From Nitrosopumilus sp. (GTDB lineage Archaea; Thermoproteota; Nitrososphaeria; Nitrososphaerales; Nitrosopumilaceae), in assembly GCA_963667665.2 (NCBI GenBank), contig OY763927.2, positions 960,001 through 1,024,000 on the forward strand: DNA of 64,000 bases. Reading direction: 5' to 3'. The notes beneath the pieces were generated by a model. That model worked only from the letters and a program-made list of their open reading frames with translations, did no database searches and was not told the origin of the DNA. The translations under genes were made by a program, and so were the position numbers. Of this stretch, positions 8,906-18,449 are shown piece after piece; the first letter of the stretch is position 1; each line of letters starts with the position of its first letter.

Positions 8906-10114
8906 ATGGAGTTAATTATTGATGTTTTCAACTATTCACTAACTGCAATTCTAATAGGAGTTTGTGGAGCTTGGATATTTCTAATAAAATCAATGACTGA
9001 TTCATTTAGATTTACACCATATCTTGACAAATTTGAAAATACATCCAATTCATCCCCTAAGGTTTCAATAATTCTTCCAGCAAGAAATGAAGGGAAATTT
9101 ATTGGTAAATGTTTAGACTCGTTAATTAAACAAGATTATGAAAATTATGAAATTATAGTTATTGATGATTCATCGAAGGATACCACAGGTGAAATAATTT
9201 CAGAGTATGCAAAAAAATATTCTAAAATAATTCCAGTTTCTGCAAAACCCAAACCAGAAGGATGGATGGGTAAAAATTGGGCATGTATGGAAGGGTATAG
9301 AAAAGCTACAGGAGAACTTTTGTTATTCACTGATGCAGATACAATTCATTCTAAAAATGTACTATCACTTGCAGTGGCTCATTTAATTTCATTTAATTTA
9401 GATGCATTATCTGCAATTCCAAAAATGTTAACATTTGATTTTTGGACCAAGATTACACTTCCAATGATTTCTACATTTTTGCATACTAGATTTTCTGCAT
9501 TAAATGTAAACAATCCTTCAAAAAAGACAGGATATTTCTTTGGGAGTTTTTTCATCTTGGAAAAAAAGACATACGAAGAAGTAGGCATGCATGAAGGAGT
9601 AAAACAAGAAATTATTGAAGATGGTGCATTAGGGAAAAAAGTAAAAGAATCAGGATACAAAATGAAGATGGTTAGAGGAGACCATCTAATTGATGCTGTT
9701 TGGGCTAGAGACAAAATTACTTTGTGGAATGCACTGAAAAGATTGATGGTTCCATTATATCTTCAAAGTGGAAAAATTGCAATTGGTATTTTCTTTGCTG
9801 TATTATTTTTGTTGTTTATTCCATTTCCAGTATTTGCCGCATCTGTAATATTTCCAGTTGAAGAGACATCGGCTAAAATGCTGTGTATTTCTGCAGCAAT
9901 TGCTTCAATTCTAATTTACATAGGTGCAATAATCGAGGCAAAAGTTGGACTCAAACTAAGATTTGTTCATGCATTATTTGCACCTATAGGAGGCCTGGTG
10001 GTTGTTTTAGGATTTCTAAGCGGATTACTTCAGGCAAAGTGTGACTCAGCTATTACATGGAAAGAAAGAAGATATTCAATGAAAGATCATACTCAAAATT
10101 CAATTAGTGTATAG
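8906..10114 (+). CDS. GT2 family membrane glycosyltransferase
   Basis: VSIILPARNE, IDDSS.D, GWMGKNWAC, FTDAD and IIED motifs; C-terminal TM helices. Confidence 0.9.
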   Translation: MELIIDVFNYSLTAILIGVCGAWIFLIKSMTDSFRFTPYLDKFENTSNSSPKVSIILPARNEGKFIGKCLDSLIKQDYENYEIIVIDDSSKDTTGEIISEYAKKYSKIIPVSAKPKPEGWMGKNWACMEGYRKATGELLLFTDADTIHSKNVLSLAVAHLISFNLDALSAIPKMLTFDFWTKITLPMISTFLHTRFSALNVNNPSKKTGYFFGSFFILEKKTYEEVGMHEGVKQEIIEDGALGKKVKESGYKMKMVRGDHLIDAVWARDKITLWNALKRLMVPLYLQSGKIAIGIFFAVLFLLFIPFPVFAASVIFPVEETSAKMLCISAAIASILIYIGAIIEAKVGLKLRFVHALFAPIGGLVVVLGFLSGLLQAKCDSAITWKERRYSMKDHTQNSISV

Positions 10115-10151
10115 CAAGCCTTTTAGATAGAAAATTGAGAATAAAATTCTC

Positions 10152-11294
10152 ATGGACAAATCAAGTGTGTTTGTAGGTGGAACTATTGGAGCCTTAATTG
10201 TCATTGTGATATTTGCTGTACTATTTGTTTCACCACCAGAATCAATAAAATCTGAAATTGTAGTAAGTAATGGAAATTCAGCAAGTACAGTAGGAGAAAC
10301 AATTCAAATTTATTCACAGAATTTATCATTAATTGAGATTTTTGAAAAATCTGAATCAGGAGTAGTGAGAGTTAATGTACAAAGAGGGGAAGTAGATGAT
10401 GGAATAGGAGGGTTAGGTTCAGGTTTTGTTTTTGATAAAAAAGGACATGTAATTACAAATGCACATGTTGTTAATGATGCAAAAAAAGTTGTAGTTACAT
10501 TTCTTGACGGGAGATCATACAATGCAGAAATAATCGGAATAGATGAGTTTACTGATCTTGCAGTAATCAAAGTCAATGCAGATTTGACACTGTTACATCC
10601 ATTAGCACTTGGTGATTCATCTAATCTCAAAGTAGGAGAAGCAATAGCTGCTATTGGAAACCCATTTGGATTATCAGGTTCTATGACTTCAGGAATAGTA
10701 AGTCAATTAGGAAGATTACTCCCATCAGGTTCTGGATATTCCATTCCAGATGTAATTCAAACTGATGCAGCCATCAATCCTGGTAATTCAGGTGGGCCGC
10801 TACTTAACATGAGAGGAGAGATAGTTGGAATAAATACTGCAATTCAATCAACAACAGGTGAATTTACAGGAGTAGGATTTGCAATACCATCACAGACTAT
10901 TGCCAAAATTATACCAACTCTTACAGAGAAAGGAGAATACAAACATCCTTGGATTGGAATCTCAGGTAGGGATATTGATCCAGATCTAGCAAAAGTTTTG
11001 GGCCTAAAAGATGCAGTTGGGTTTTTGATAGTAACAGTTGTAGAAAATAGCCCAGCTTCTAAAGCAGGATTAATCGGATCTGATAAAATCATCGAAGAGG
11101 ATGGAGTCAATTATCCAATGGGAGGAGACATCATTTTATCGGTGGATAAAATTGAAGTTAGGAAAATTAGTGATATTTTGATACATCTTCAAAGAGTAAA
11201 AACAGTTGGAGACGAAATGGTTTTAGAGATTTTAAGAGATAATAGAACAACAAATGTTACAATTGTTCTTCAAGAGAGACCAAATGGTAATTAG
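10152..11294 (+). CDS. HtrA/DegP-like membrane-anchored serine protease with PDZ domain
   Basis: TNAHVV, DLAV and QTDAAINPGNSGGPL catalytic motifs; C-terminal PDZ. Confidence 0.95.
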   Translation: MDKSSVFVGGTIGALIVIVIFAVLFVSPPESIKSEIVVSNGNSASTVGETIQIYSQNLSLIEIFEKSESGVVRVNVQRGEVDDGIGGLGSGFVFDKKGHVITNAHVVNDAKKVVVTFLDGRSYNAEIIGIDEFTDLAVIKVNADLTLLHPLALGDSSNLKVGEAIAAIGNPFGLSGSMTSGIVSQLGRLLPSGSGYSIPDVIQTDAAINPGNSGGPLLNMRGEIVGINTAIQSTTGEFTGVGFAIPSQTIAKIIPTLTEKGEYKHPWIGISGRDIDPDLAKVLGLKDAVGFLIVTVVENSPASKAGLIGSDKIIEEDGVNYPMGGDIILSVDKIEVRKISDILIHLQRVKTVGDEMVLEILRDNRTTNVTIVLQERPNGN

Positions 11295-11336
11295 CACAAT
11301 ACAAGCATAAATACTTCTAGTCGAGAATTCTTTCTA

Positions 11337-12506
11337 TTGAACAATCTTGTGTTAAACTCTGAGAGTTTAAACAATGTTTTAGAGAATAAAGTGATATCTC
11401 GACAAAGCGTAATAGAGATTTATCAAAATGCAGTAAAAGATCCCAGTGAGCTTTTTTCTGCTGCACAAAATTTAAGAAAAAAATTCAAAAAAGATTCAGT
11501 TACATTTTCAAAAAAGGCATTTTTTAACATAGTAAATCTATGCAAAGATACTTGTTCTTATTGCACATACAAAGCAGACCCAGGAGAAGAAAAACTTTCT
11601 TTAATGTCAAAACAGCAAATATTAGAACTATTACAACTTGCAAAAAAATACAGATGTGTTGAAGCACTTTTTGTTACGGGTGAAAAACCAGAACAAAAAT
11701 ATCAAGAAGCACGAGATTGGCTTGAAAAAAATGGATTCAAATCAACTGTTGAATATCTTATTCATTCATCAGAACTAGCATTAGAATTAGGATTATTTCC
11801 ACACACAAACGCTGGTAATCTAAATTTTGAAGAGATGAAAGAGTTGAAGAAAACAAATGTGTCAATGGGAATAATGCTTGAAAATGTAAGTGAAAGATTA
11901 ACAGAAAAAGGAATGCCACATTATTTGGCGGCAAGTAAAAGACCAAAAGCAAGATTAGAAGTCTTGGAGAATTCTGGAAAATTAAGAATTCCAATGACAA
12001 CAGGAATTTTGGTTGGAATTGGAGAGACAATAGAGGAAGTTATTGATTCAATTTTAGCCATAAAACAATTACATCAAAAATATGGAAATATTCAAGAAGT
12101 GATTTTGCAAAATTTTCAACCAAAACCAGATACAATTATGAAGAACACACCATCAGCTGATGAAAACTATTTCAAAACAATTGTTGCATTATCAAGAATC
12201 ATCATGCCAGAAATGAACATACAGATTCCTCCAAACTTATCCCCAAAATCATATCAAAGTTTCTTATCAGTGGGAATAAATGATTGGGGAGGAATATCAC
12301 CACTAACCCCAGATTTTGTTAATCCAGAATTTTCTTGGCCAGAAATTAGTAAAGTAGATGAAAATTCAAAAGATGCAGGATTTGAATTAAAATGTAGGTT
12401 CCCAATATACCCAGAATTCTTTTCTTTTGTTAGTAAAGAGTTAAGAGATAAGATGTTAGTAATTGAAAATGGGGAAGGATTGGTAAAAGAGGAGTATTGG
12501 AGATGA
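11337..12506 (+). CDS. cofG: FO synthase subunit CofG (radical SAM)
   Basis: CKDTCSYC, PHTNAG, QIPPNL and GINDWGGISPLT motifs. Confidence 0.93.
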   Translation: MNNLVLNSESLNNVLENKVISRQSVIEIYQNAVKDPSELFSAAQNLRKKFKKDSVTFSKKAFFNIVNLCKDTCSYCTYKADPGEEKLSLMSKQQILELLQLAKKYRCVEALFVTGEKPEQKYQEARDWLEKNGFKSTVEYLIHSSELALELGLFPHTNAGNLNFEEMKELKKTNVSMGIMLENVSERLTEKGMPHYLAASKRPKARLEVLENSGKLRIPMTTGILVGIGETIEEVIDSILAIKQLHQKYGNIQEVILQNFQPKPDTIMKNTPSADENYFKTIVALSRIIMPEMNIQIPPNLSPKSYQSFLSVGINDWGGISPLTPDFVNPEFSWPEISKVDENSKDAGFELKCRFPIYPEFFSFVSKELRDKMLVIENGEGLVKEEYWR

Positions 12507-13759
12507 CAAACATAGAGTCACTTTTTAAAAATGCAGACCCGCTAGTATCTACAATTCTAAATAATGCATTATCTGATAAAGAAATTTCTGAAAAAGACGC
12601 TCTGACATTATACAAAACAACTGGGATAGACTTTCACCTAGTGGGACTAGTTGCTGATGAAATTAGAAGAAGAAGAGTTGGCGATGTTGTATCATATGTA
12701 GTTAATAGAAATATCAATTTTACAAATGTCTGTATCAAGCAATGTGGATTTTGTGCATTTAGTAGAGATTTTCGAGAGGAAGAAGGGTATTTCCTACCAA
12801 CTGAAGAGATTGTACGAAGAGCAAAAGAGGCACATGATCTAGGTGCAACTGAAGTATGCATTCAAGCAGGATTGCCACCAGACATGGAAGGAGACTTATA
12901 TGAAAGCATATGCAGAGAAATCAAAAAAGAAATACCAGATATTCACATTCATGGATTTTCTCCTGAAGAGATTCTATATGGAGCAACAAGATCAGAGATA
13001 ACAATTGAAGAATTTCTAAAGAGGATGAAAGAAGCTGGAGTAAATACACTTCCAGGAACATCTGCTGAAATTCTTGACCAAGATCTCAGAGATAAGATAT
13101 CCCCAGGTAGAATTAGTGTAAAAGATTGGGAGAAAGTTATCAAGACTGCTCACAAAATGGGAATCAACACAACATCAACTATGATGTTTGGGCATCTAGA
13201 AACACTTGAAGATAGAGTAAAACATATTGCAAAACTAAGAGAAATTCAAAAGGAGACAAAAGGATTTACAGAATTTGTTCCACTAAATTTTATTCCTGAC
13301 GAAGCACCAATGTACAAACATCAGTTACATGAAGGAATTAAGGATGGTGCAAGTGGAAATGATGTTCTGCTTACACATGCAATTGCAAGAATTATGTTGA
13401 ATAATTCTATTAATAATCTTCAGATGTCATGGGTAAAAGAGGGTCAAAAGATGTCTCAATTATTACTAATGTGGGGAGCAAATGATTTTGGTGGTACATT
13501 GATCAATGAAAGTATTTCAACATCTGCAGGTTCAGAACATGGTCAGTTATTAAGACCTAAAGAAATAAGGAGACTAGTAAAAGAAATTGGAAGAGTTCCA
13601 GCAGAAAGAGATACCACATACAATATTCTAAGAAAGTTTGATAATGAAAATGAAGTTGAAGATGAGCTTGATAAAATTACAGACACTTCTCAATTTGGAT
13701 CATATGTAGAATTAATTAAAATTAATAAATTTAATTATAAAAATCCAAGGAGAAAATGA
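12503..13759 (+). CDS. cofH: FO synthase subunit CofH (radical SAM)
   Basis: VVNRNINFTNVCIKQCGFCAF, PGTSAEIL and GANDFGGTLINESI motifs; ATGA overlap with cofG. Confidence 0.93.
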   Translation: MTNIESLFKNADPLVSTILNNALSDKEISEKDALTLYKTTGIDFHLVGLVADEIRRRRVGDVVSYVVNRNINFTNVCIKQCGFCAFSRDFREEEGYFLPTEEIVRRAKEAHDLGATEVCIQAGLPPDMEGDLYESICREIKKEIPDIHIHGFSPEEILYGATRSEITIEEFLKRMKEAGVNTLPGTSAEILDQDLRDKISPGRISVKDWEKVIKTAHKMGINTTSTMMFGHLETLEDRVKHIAKLREIQKETKGFTEFVPLNFIPDEAPMYKHQLHEGIKDGASGNDVLLTHAIARIMLNNSINNLQMSWVKEGQKMSQLLLMWGANDFGGTLINESISTSAGSEHGQLLRPKEIRRLVKEIGRVPAERDTTYNILRKFDNENEVEDELDKITDTSQFGSYVELIKINKFNYKNPRRK

Positions 13760-15118
13760 TTGTCTGCCTTAGATAAGGCATTGAATCATTCAAAGAACAT
13801 AGGAATTGATGAATGCGAGATAGTTGTTGTAAAAAAAAAGATCATTACAGTAAGAATTACTGATTCAGAAATTGCTGAAATTAAGCAAAACTTTGATGAA
13901 AATTATGGAATTAGATTAATTCATGAAAAAAAAATTATATCAATTCAAACAACTAACCAAGAAGAGATAGAAAAGGTAATTGATAGTACATTTGAGACAT
14001 CAACGAAACTTAAATCAAGAGATTTTTGGAAGGGGCTACCATCAGATACAACACACAAGCAACTAGAAGGAACATTTGATGGGAAATTGGAGAAGATTTC
14101 CGGCACAAATGTAATGGATATCGCACAAAATATGATAAATTCAGCAAATAATGACATGGTAAATACGATTACAGGATCACTAAACATTGTTTCAGAGAAT
14201 TTTGAGTTAGCAAATTCTAATGGGTTGCATCTAAATGACAAGGCAACATACATTTCAGGAATAATTAATGCGGAATCAGAATCAGGAGTTATACCAGTAT
14301 CAGGTATTGGATACGCAAGTTGTAGAACATTATCAAATTTTTCTGCAGAACAAGTTGGAGATGATGCAAAAGTTATGTGTATTGAATCAATAAACCCACA
14401 AAAAATTGATTCAGACAAGTATTCTATAATTTTCGAACCATATTCAGTAGGAGAACTATTGGCATTTGTTGTTGCAGCAAATTTTAGTTTTAAAACATTT
14501 TCAGAAAAGAAAAGTTGTTTTTCAAATAATTTTGAAGAAAAAATAGCAACTGAACAACTGAGTTTAGTTGATGATCCACACATACCAGAAGGAATTGGAA
14601 CAAAATATGTAGATGATGAAGGAGTAGAAACTCAAAAAAGAAGTTTAATAGAAAAAGGAATTTTCAAGAATACTTTTTCAAATCTATTTGATAGTTACAA
14701 AGAAAGAAAACAATCTTCAGGTAATGCATCAAGAGCAGGTTCACCTATGGGAAGAAGTTCCGAGCCTATACCAATTTCAGCACCACATAATCTCAAAATA
14801 AATCCAGGGAATATTTCTCAAGAAGATATGATCAAAGATACAAAACATGGATTGTTAGTTGGAAGATTATGGTACACATATGCAGTAAATCCAATTAAAG
14901 GAGATTTTTCATGTACAGCAAGAAGTGGTATAAGAATTATTGAAAAGGGTAAAATAAAGGGACCTGGAAGATCAGTAAGAATAATTCACAATCTTCCAAC
15001 TATGATAAAAAATATTTCAGAAATTGGAAACAATCAAAAAAATGTAATTCAATGGGCATCACTTCCATCCATTGTACCATCAATTAAGGCTAAAAATATT
15101 ATGGTAAATTCTATCTAA
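13760..15118 (+). CDS. TldD/PmbA family protein (PmbA/TldE-like)
   Basis: DDPH...DDEGV, SSGNA, NPIKGDFS and IEKGKI motifs; no HExxH. Confidence 0.88.
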   Translation: MSALDKALNHSKNIGIDECEIVVVKKKIITVRITDSEIAEIKQNFDENYGIRLIHEKKIISIQTTNQEEIEKVIDSTFETSTKLKSRDFWKGLPSDTTHKQLEGTFDGKLEKISGTNVMDIAQNMINSANNDMVNTITGSLNIVSENFELANSNGLHLNDKATYISGIINAESESGVIPVSGIGYASCRTLSNFSAEQVGDDAKVMCIESINPQKIDSDKYSIIFEPYSVGELLAFVVAANFSFKTFSEKKSCFSNNFEEKIATEQLSLVDDPHIPEGIGTKYVDDEGVETQKRSLIEKGIFKNTFSNLFDSYKERKQSSGNASRAGSPMGRSSEPIPISAPHNLKINPGNISQEDMIKDTKHGLLVGRLWYTYAVNPIKGDFSCTARSGIRIIEKGKIKGPGRSVRIIHNLPTMIKNISEIGNNQKNVIQWASLPSIVPSIKAKNIMVNSI

Positions 15119-15138
15119 ATGCCAAATTCAGGCACAAA

Positions 15139-16074
15139 TTACTTGAAAAACGTGACTACAAGATATGCAACATAACCTATAGCCAAACAAACACCCATGG
15201 CTCTATTGATAATTCCAGTTTTCAGAGCAATCAGTAATGAAATGCTAAAGATAATCATTATTGCATAATCAACATAAACATCAGCGCCAATCATTACACC
15301 TCCAAGTGCAGCACCAATTCCCATTATCATCAAGATGTTGTAGATATTACTTCCAATAATGGTTCCAATACCAATATCTGCATGACCCTTTCTAATTGCA
15401 ATTATTGATGTTATTAATTCGGGAAGAGAAGTTCCAATTGCAATTACAGTTAACCCAATAATTTTTTCTGATAATCCAAACTCGTGTGCTAAAATTACAG
15501 CATTATCAACTGTAAGAATTGCGCCAACATACAAAAGTGCAATACCTATTCCAATTAATCCTACAGATTTTAGATATATGTTAGTTTTTTCTTTTTCAGT
15601 GTTCTCTTTGTTTTCCTCTCTATGTTTCATTGCATCTTTGAATGTATAAAATGCAAATACCCCCAATCCGCCAAGTAATAATATTCCATCATAATTAGAA
15701 AGTTCACCATCAACTGAGAGTAAAACAAGTAAAAGAGAAACGCCCAACATGATTGGAATTTCTTTTCGCAAAATAGATTTTCTTACTGCTAAAGGAATAA
15801 GCATTGCAGACACACCAATCACCATTCCAATGTTTGCAATATTACTTCCAATAACATTTCCCAGAATAATTGCACTGTGTTCACCTGCTGCAGCAACACT
15901 AGCAGCAAGTTCTGGAGTTGAAGTACCATACGCTACAATAGTCATCCCTATTACAAGATTACTTATTCTGAATTTTTTTGCAATGTTTACACCGCCGTTT
16001 ACTAACCAATTTCCGCCAAAACATAACATTACTAATCCAACTACAGTTAAAATTGCACTTACTGCTACTTCCAC
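15139..16074 (-). CDS. Ca2+/Na+ antiporter (CaCA, YrbG-like)
   Basis: Two alpha repeats GTSTPEL...GSNIAN and GTSLPEL...GSNIYN. Confidence 0.93.
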   Translation of the reverse strand: MEVAVSAILTVVGLVMLCFGGNWLVNGGVNIAKKFRISNLVIGMTIVAYGTSTPELAASVAAAGEHSAIILGNVIGSNIANIGMVIGVSAMLIPLAVRKSILRKEIPIMLGVSLLLVLLSVDGELSNYDGILLLGGLGVFAFYTFKDAMKHREENKENTEKEKTNIYLKSVGLIGIGIALLYVGAILTVDNAVILAHEFGLSEKIIGLTVIAIGTSLPELITSIIAIRKGHADIGIGTIIGSNIYNILMIMGIGAALGGVMIGADVYVDYAIMIIFSISLLIALKTGIINRAMGVCLAIGYVAYLVVTFFK

Positions 16075-16227
16075 AAAGAACGTTCAGATTTTCGTGGTTT
16101 AAAGGAGATTATTCACTATAATTTCACAATTCTAACAATTGCAATAAACCTGAATTTATCAATCTAGATCTAGGTGTAAAAAAACCAGCTCGGTAGATCA
16201 ACAAAGCTAAAGTTAAAGATTAATAAA

Positions 16228-16246
16228 GTAATATACCGTACCATAC
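16228..16246. promoter_or_regulatory. Tandem GTA-N3-TAC operator pair between TATA-like box and wHTH start
   Basis: GTAATATAC (16228-16236) and GTACCATAC (16238-16246), 10 bp apart, ending 3 nt before the ATG. Confidence 0.6.
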
Positions 16247-16249
16247 AGT

Positions 16250-16597
16250 ATGATGCGAACAAGACTAACATATGTACCACTAGAAGTAGCTGACCAATTC
16301 GAAGATTTCATCATAGAAAGAGATGTGCAAATACTTGATGCAGTAAAAGCAAGAACACGAGATTACAGTACACTATCACTGTTGAAGCTGTTGTATCAGC
16401 TTAGAGGAAATCCTATGACATTCTCAAATTTGTATTCAAAGTCAAAGATTAGAATGAAGAAATCATTTTTGAATTATCTACATCTGTGTGTGAATTACAA
16501 CTTTATCAAAAAAGAGCCAGTAGGGCCAAATGTAATCTATACAATTACAGACAAAGGACGAACTATGTTGAATCTCTTTATCAACAAAGAGTTGTAA
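16250..16597 (+). CDS. Winged helix-turn-helix transcription regulator
   Basis: MTFSNLYSKS...SFLNYLHLCVNYNFI...YTITDKG wing motif. Confidence 0.8.
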   Translation: MMRTRLTYVPLEVADQFEDFIIERDVQILDAVKARTRDYSTLSLLKLLYQLRGNPMTFSNLYSKSKIRMKKSFLNYLHLCVNYNFIKKEPVGPNVIYTITDKGRTMLNLFINKEL

Positions 16598-16646
16598 AAG
16601 AACATAAAGATAATTTTAGAAAATATATTTTTTTATTTTTAGCGAC

Positions 16647-18341
16647 TTAATAGTAATGATGCATTTGTCTTTGTTCTAATCCTTCTTGCTCAAAGTGATT
16701 GTGAGACTTTCCACCATCATGATGAGCATGAACTACTCCATCAATATGACAATGGGTATTGTCAATCAAATTCTTCATGAACACATCATCTACATTCAGT
16801 ATCATGTTAGCAACTTCAACTGCAGTTTTGAAAACTTGTTGTTTAACAACTACTGTTTCAATAATGTCAGATGATGATACGTCAGATATCTTTCTAGTGT
16901 TAGAATTTATTCCATACCATCTTATCTTGCCATTCAATGTTGCAAATTTTGCTCGAAATTGTGTTAATGTATCTAACACATCCATTCCCACATTCTGTGC
17001 TAATGTTAATGGTATTTCATCTACAGCATCTGCAAATCTTTGTATTACAATTTGTTCCTTACCTTCAACAGTTACAGATTGCTTTCTAATTTTTTGTGCA
17101 ACTATTCCTTCAACAGAGCCAGCACCATATACAATGAATGGATGTTCAATGAAATTTCTTAATACATAAAATGCATTCAAAGCATTTCTGTGAAATTCAT
17201 CTAGAAATCGTTTTGAGTTGGCCCTCAATAACAAAGTTACAGATTTTGGATTGTTTCCACCTTCCACAAAAACCATTTTATCTCCACCTACAGTCTTCTC
17301 ATACACTCTTTTTGCAAAACCTAATTCATCGTTAGATATTTTCTCAATATTTTTACAGATCTCAGCACCAGTCGCCTTTTCTAGCCACCATAAATCATTG
17401 TACTTTACTCGCCGCATTGAGATAATACCATGTTTTGCAAGAGCTTCTTGAACAAACTCATTAACTCCTTTCCTAGATATTACGACATTAGCCCCCGAAT
17501 CTACAATATTTTTTACAAGTGCAAGTAAGTCTGTGTTTTCTTGGTTAAGGAATTGGTTCATCTGTTTGGGAGAGTCTATTTCTATCTCTGCCTCCGTTCT
17601 TGTTCTCATTGGTTCTAATGATTCATTAATTAACAGAATCTTGGCATTGTGAATAGTTCTAGGCATTGCAGAACTATCTATTGTTTTATCAATCACAGTA
17701 CCTTTGATCAATTGTATTTCTGTAGCATTTCCTATTTTTTCTTCAATTTTTATGTCATCAATATCTATCTGCCCTCTTTCCAAGTTGGCAATATCACATA
17801 CAGCCTCAATGATAATATCTACAATCTTTGTATTTTCTTCTTGTAAATCAAAAATTGCTTTTCCCTCTAAACATGTAGTTAGTAATTGTCGCATTATTTT
17901 TCTGTCTCTTCTGTTTGATTTTATCTTAATTTCATCCAATGTTTCTAAAGCACAATCTAAACTTTGATTATAACCGCGAGTAATTGTAGCAACAGGAATT
18001 CCAATTTTTAATAATTCTTCAGCATGTTTGAGTAAACTACCAATCAAAACAGCTGTAGATGTTGTACCATCTCCAACATGAGTATCAACGGTGTTAATAG
18101 ATTCTACAACTGATTTAGCTGCAGGATGATCAACATCAACTTTTCTCAAAAACGCACCACCGTGACTTGTAATTGTATCTTCTCCAAGTATGTCAATGTA
18201 TATTTTTTCCATACCGCGCGGACCAAGAGATGTTTTAACTATTTCCGTAACAAGTTTACCTGAAATTAAATTATACATTTGTGATTCTTGTAATCCAATA
18301 CGTGAAATATCTTGATCAAGTAAACCAGGGTATTTCATCAC
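16647..18341 (-). CDS. Divergent group II chaperonin (thermosome-like) with His-rich C-terminal tail
   Basis: SLGPRGMEK, GDGTTST, RRVK and IPLTLAQNVG motifs; tail HCHIDGVVHAHHDGGKSHNH...HHYY; GGAGG SD at 18348-18352. Confidence 0.88.
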   Translation of the reverse strand: MMKYPGLLDQDISRIGLQESQMYNLISGKLVTEIVKTSLGPRGMEKIYIDILGEDTITSHGGAFLRKVDVDHPAAKSVVESINTVDTHVGDGTTSTAVLIGSLLKHAEELLKIGIPVATITRGYNQSLDCALETLDEIKIKSNRRDRKIMRQLLTTCLEGKAIFDLQEENTKIVDIIIEAVCDIANLERGQIDIDDIKIEEKIGNATEIQLIKGTVIDKTIDSSAMPRTIHNAKILLINESLEPMRTRTEAEIEIDSPKQMNQFLNQENTDLLALVKNIVDSGANVVISRKGVNEFVQEALAKHGIISMRRVKYNDLWWLEKATGAEICKNIEKISNDELGFAKRVYEKTVGGDKMVFVEGGNNPKSVTLLLRANSKRFLDEFHRNALNAFYVLRNFIEHPFIVYGAGSVEGIVAQKIRKQSVTVEGKEQIVIQRFADAVDEIPLTLAQNVGMDVLDTLTQFRAKFATLNGKIRWYGINSNTRKISDVSSSDIIETVVVKQQVFKTAVEVANMILNVDDVFMKNLIDNTHCHIDGVVHAHHDGGKSHNHFEQEGLEQRQMHHYY

Positions 18342-18449
18342 TTTTAGCCTCCTTTTAGATATTAAAACATGCTTACTGACGAATTTAATTTACCAAAAAT
18401 AAAGAACACAAAATAAAACGAACAGTAAATTGTTTATTATTTGATTTTA

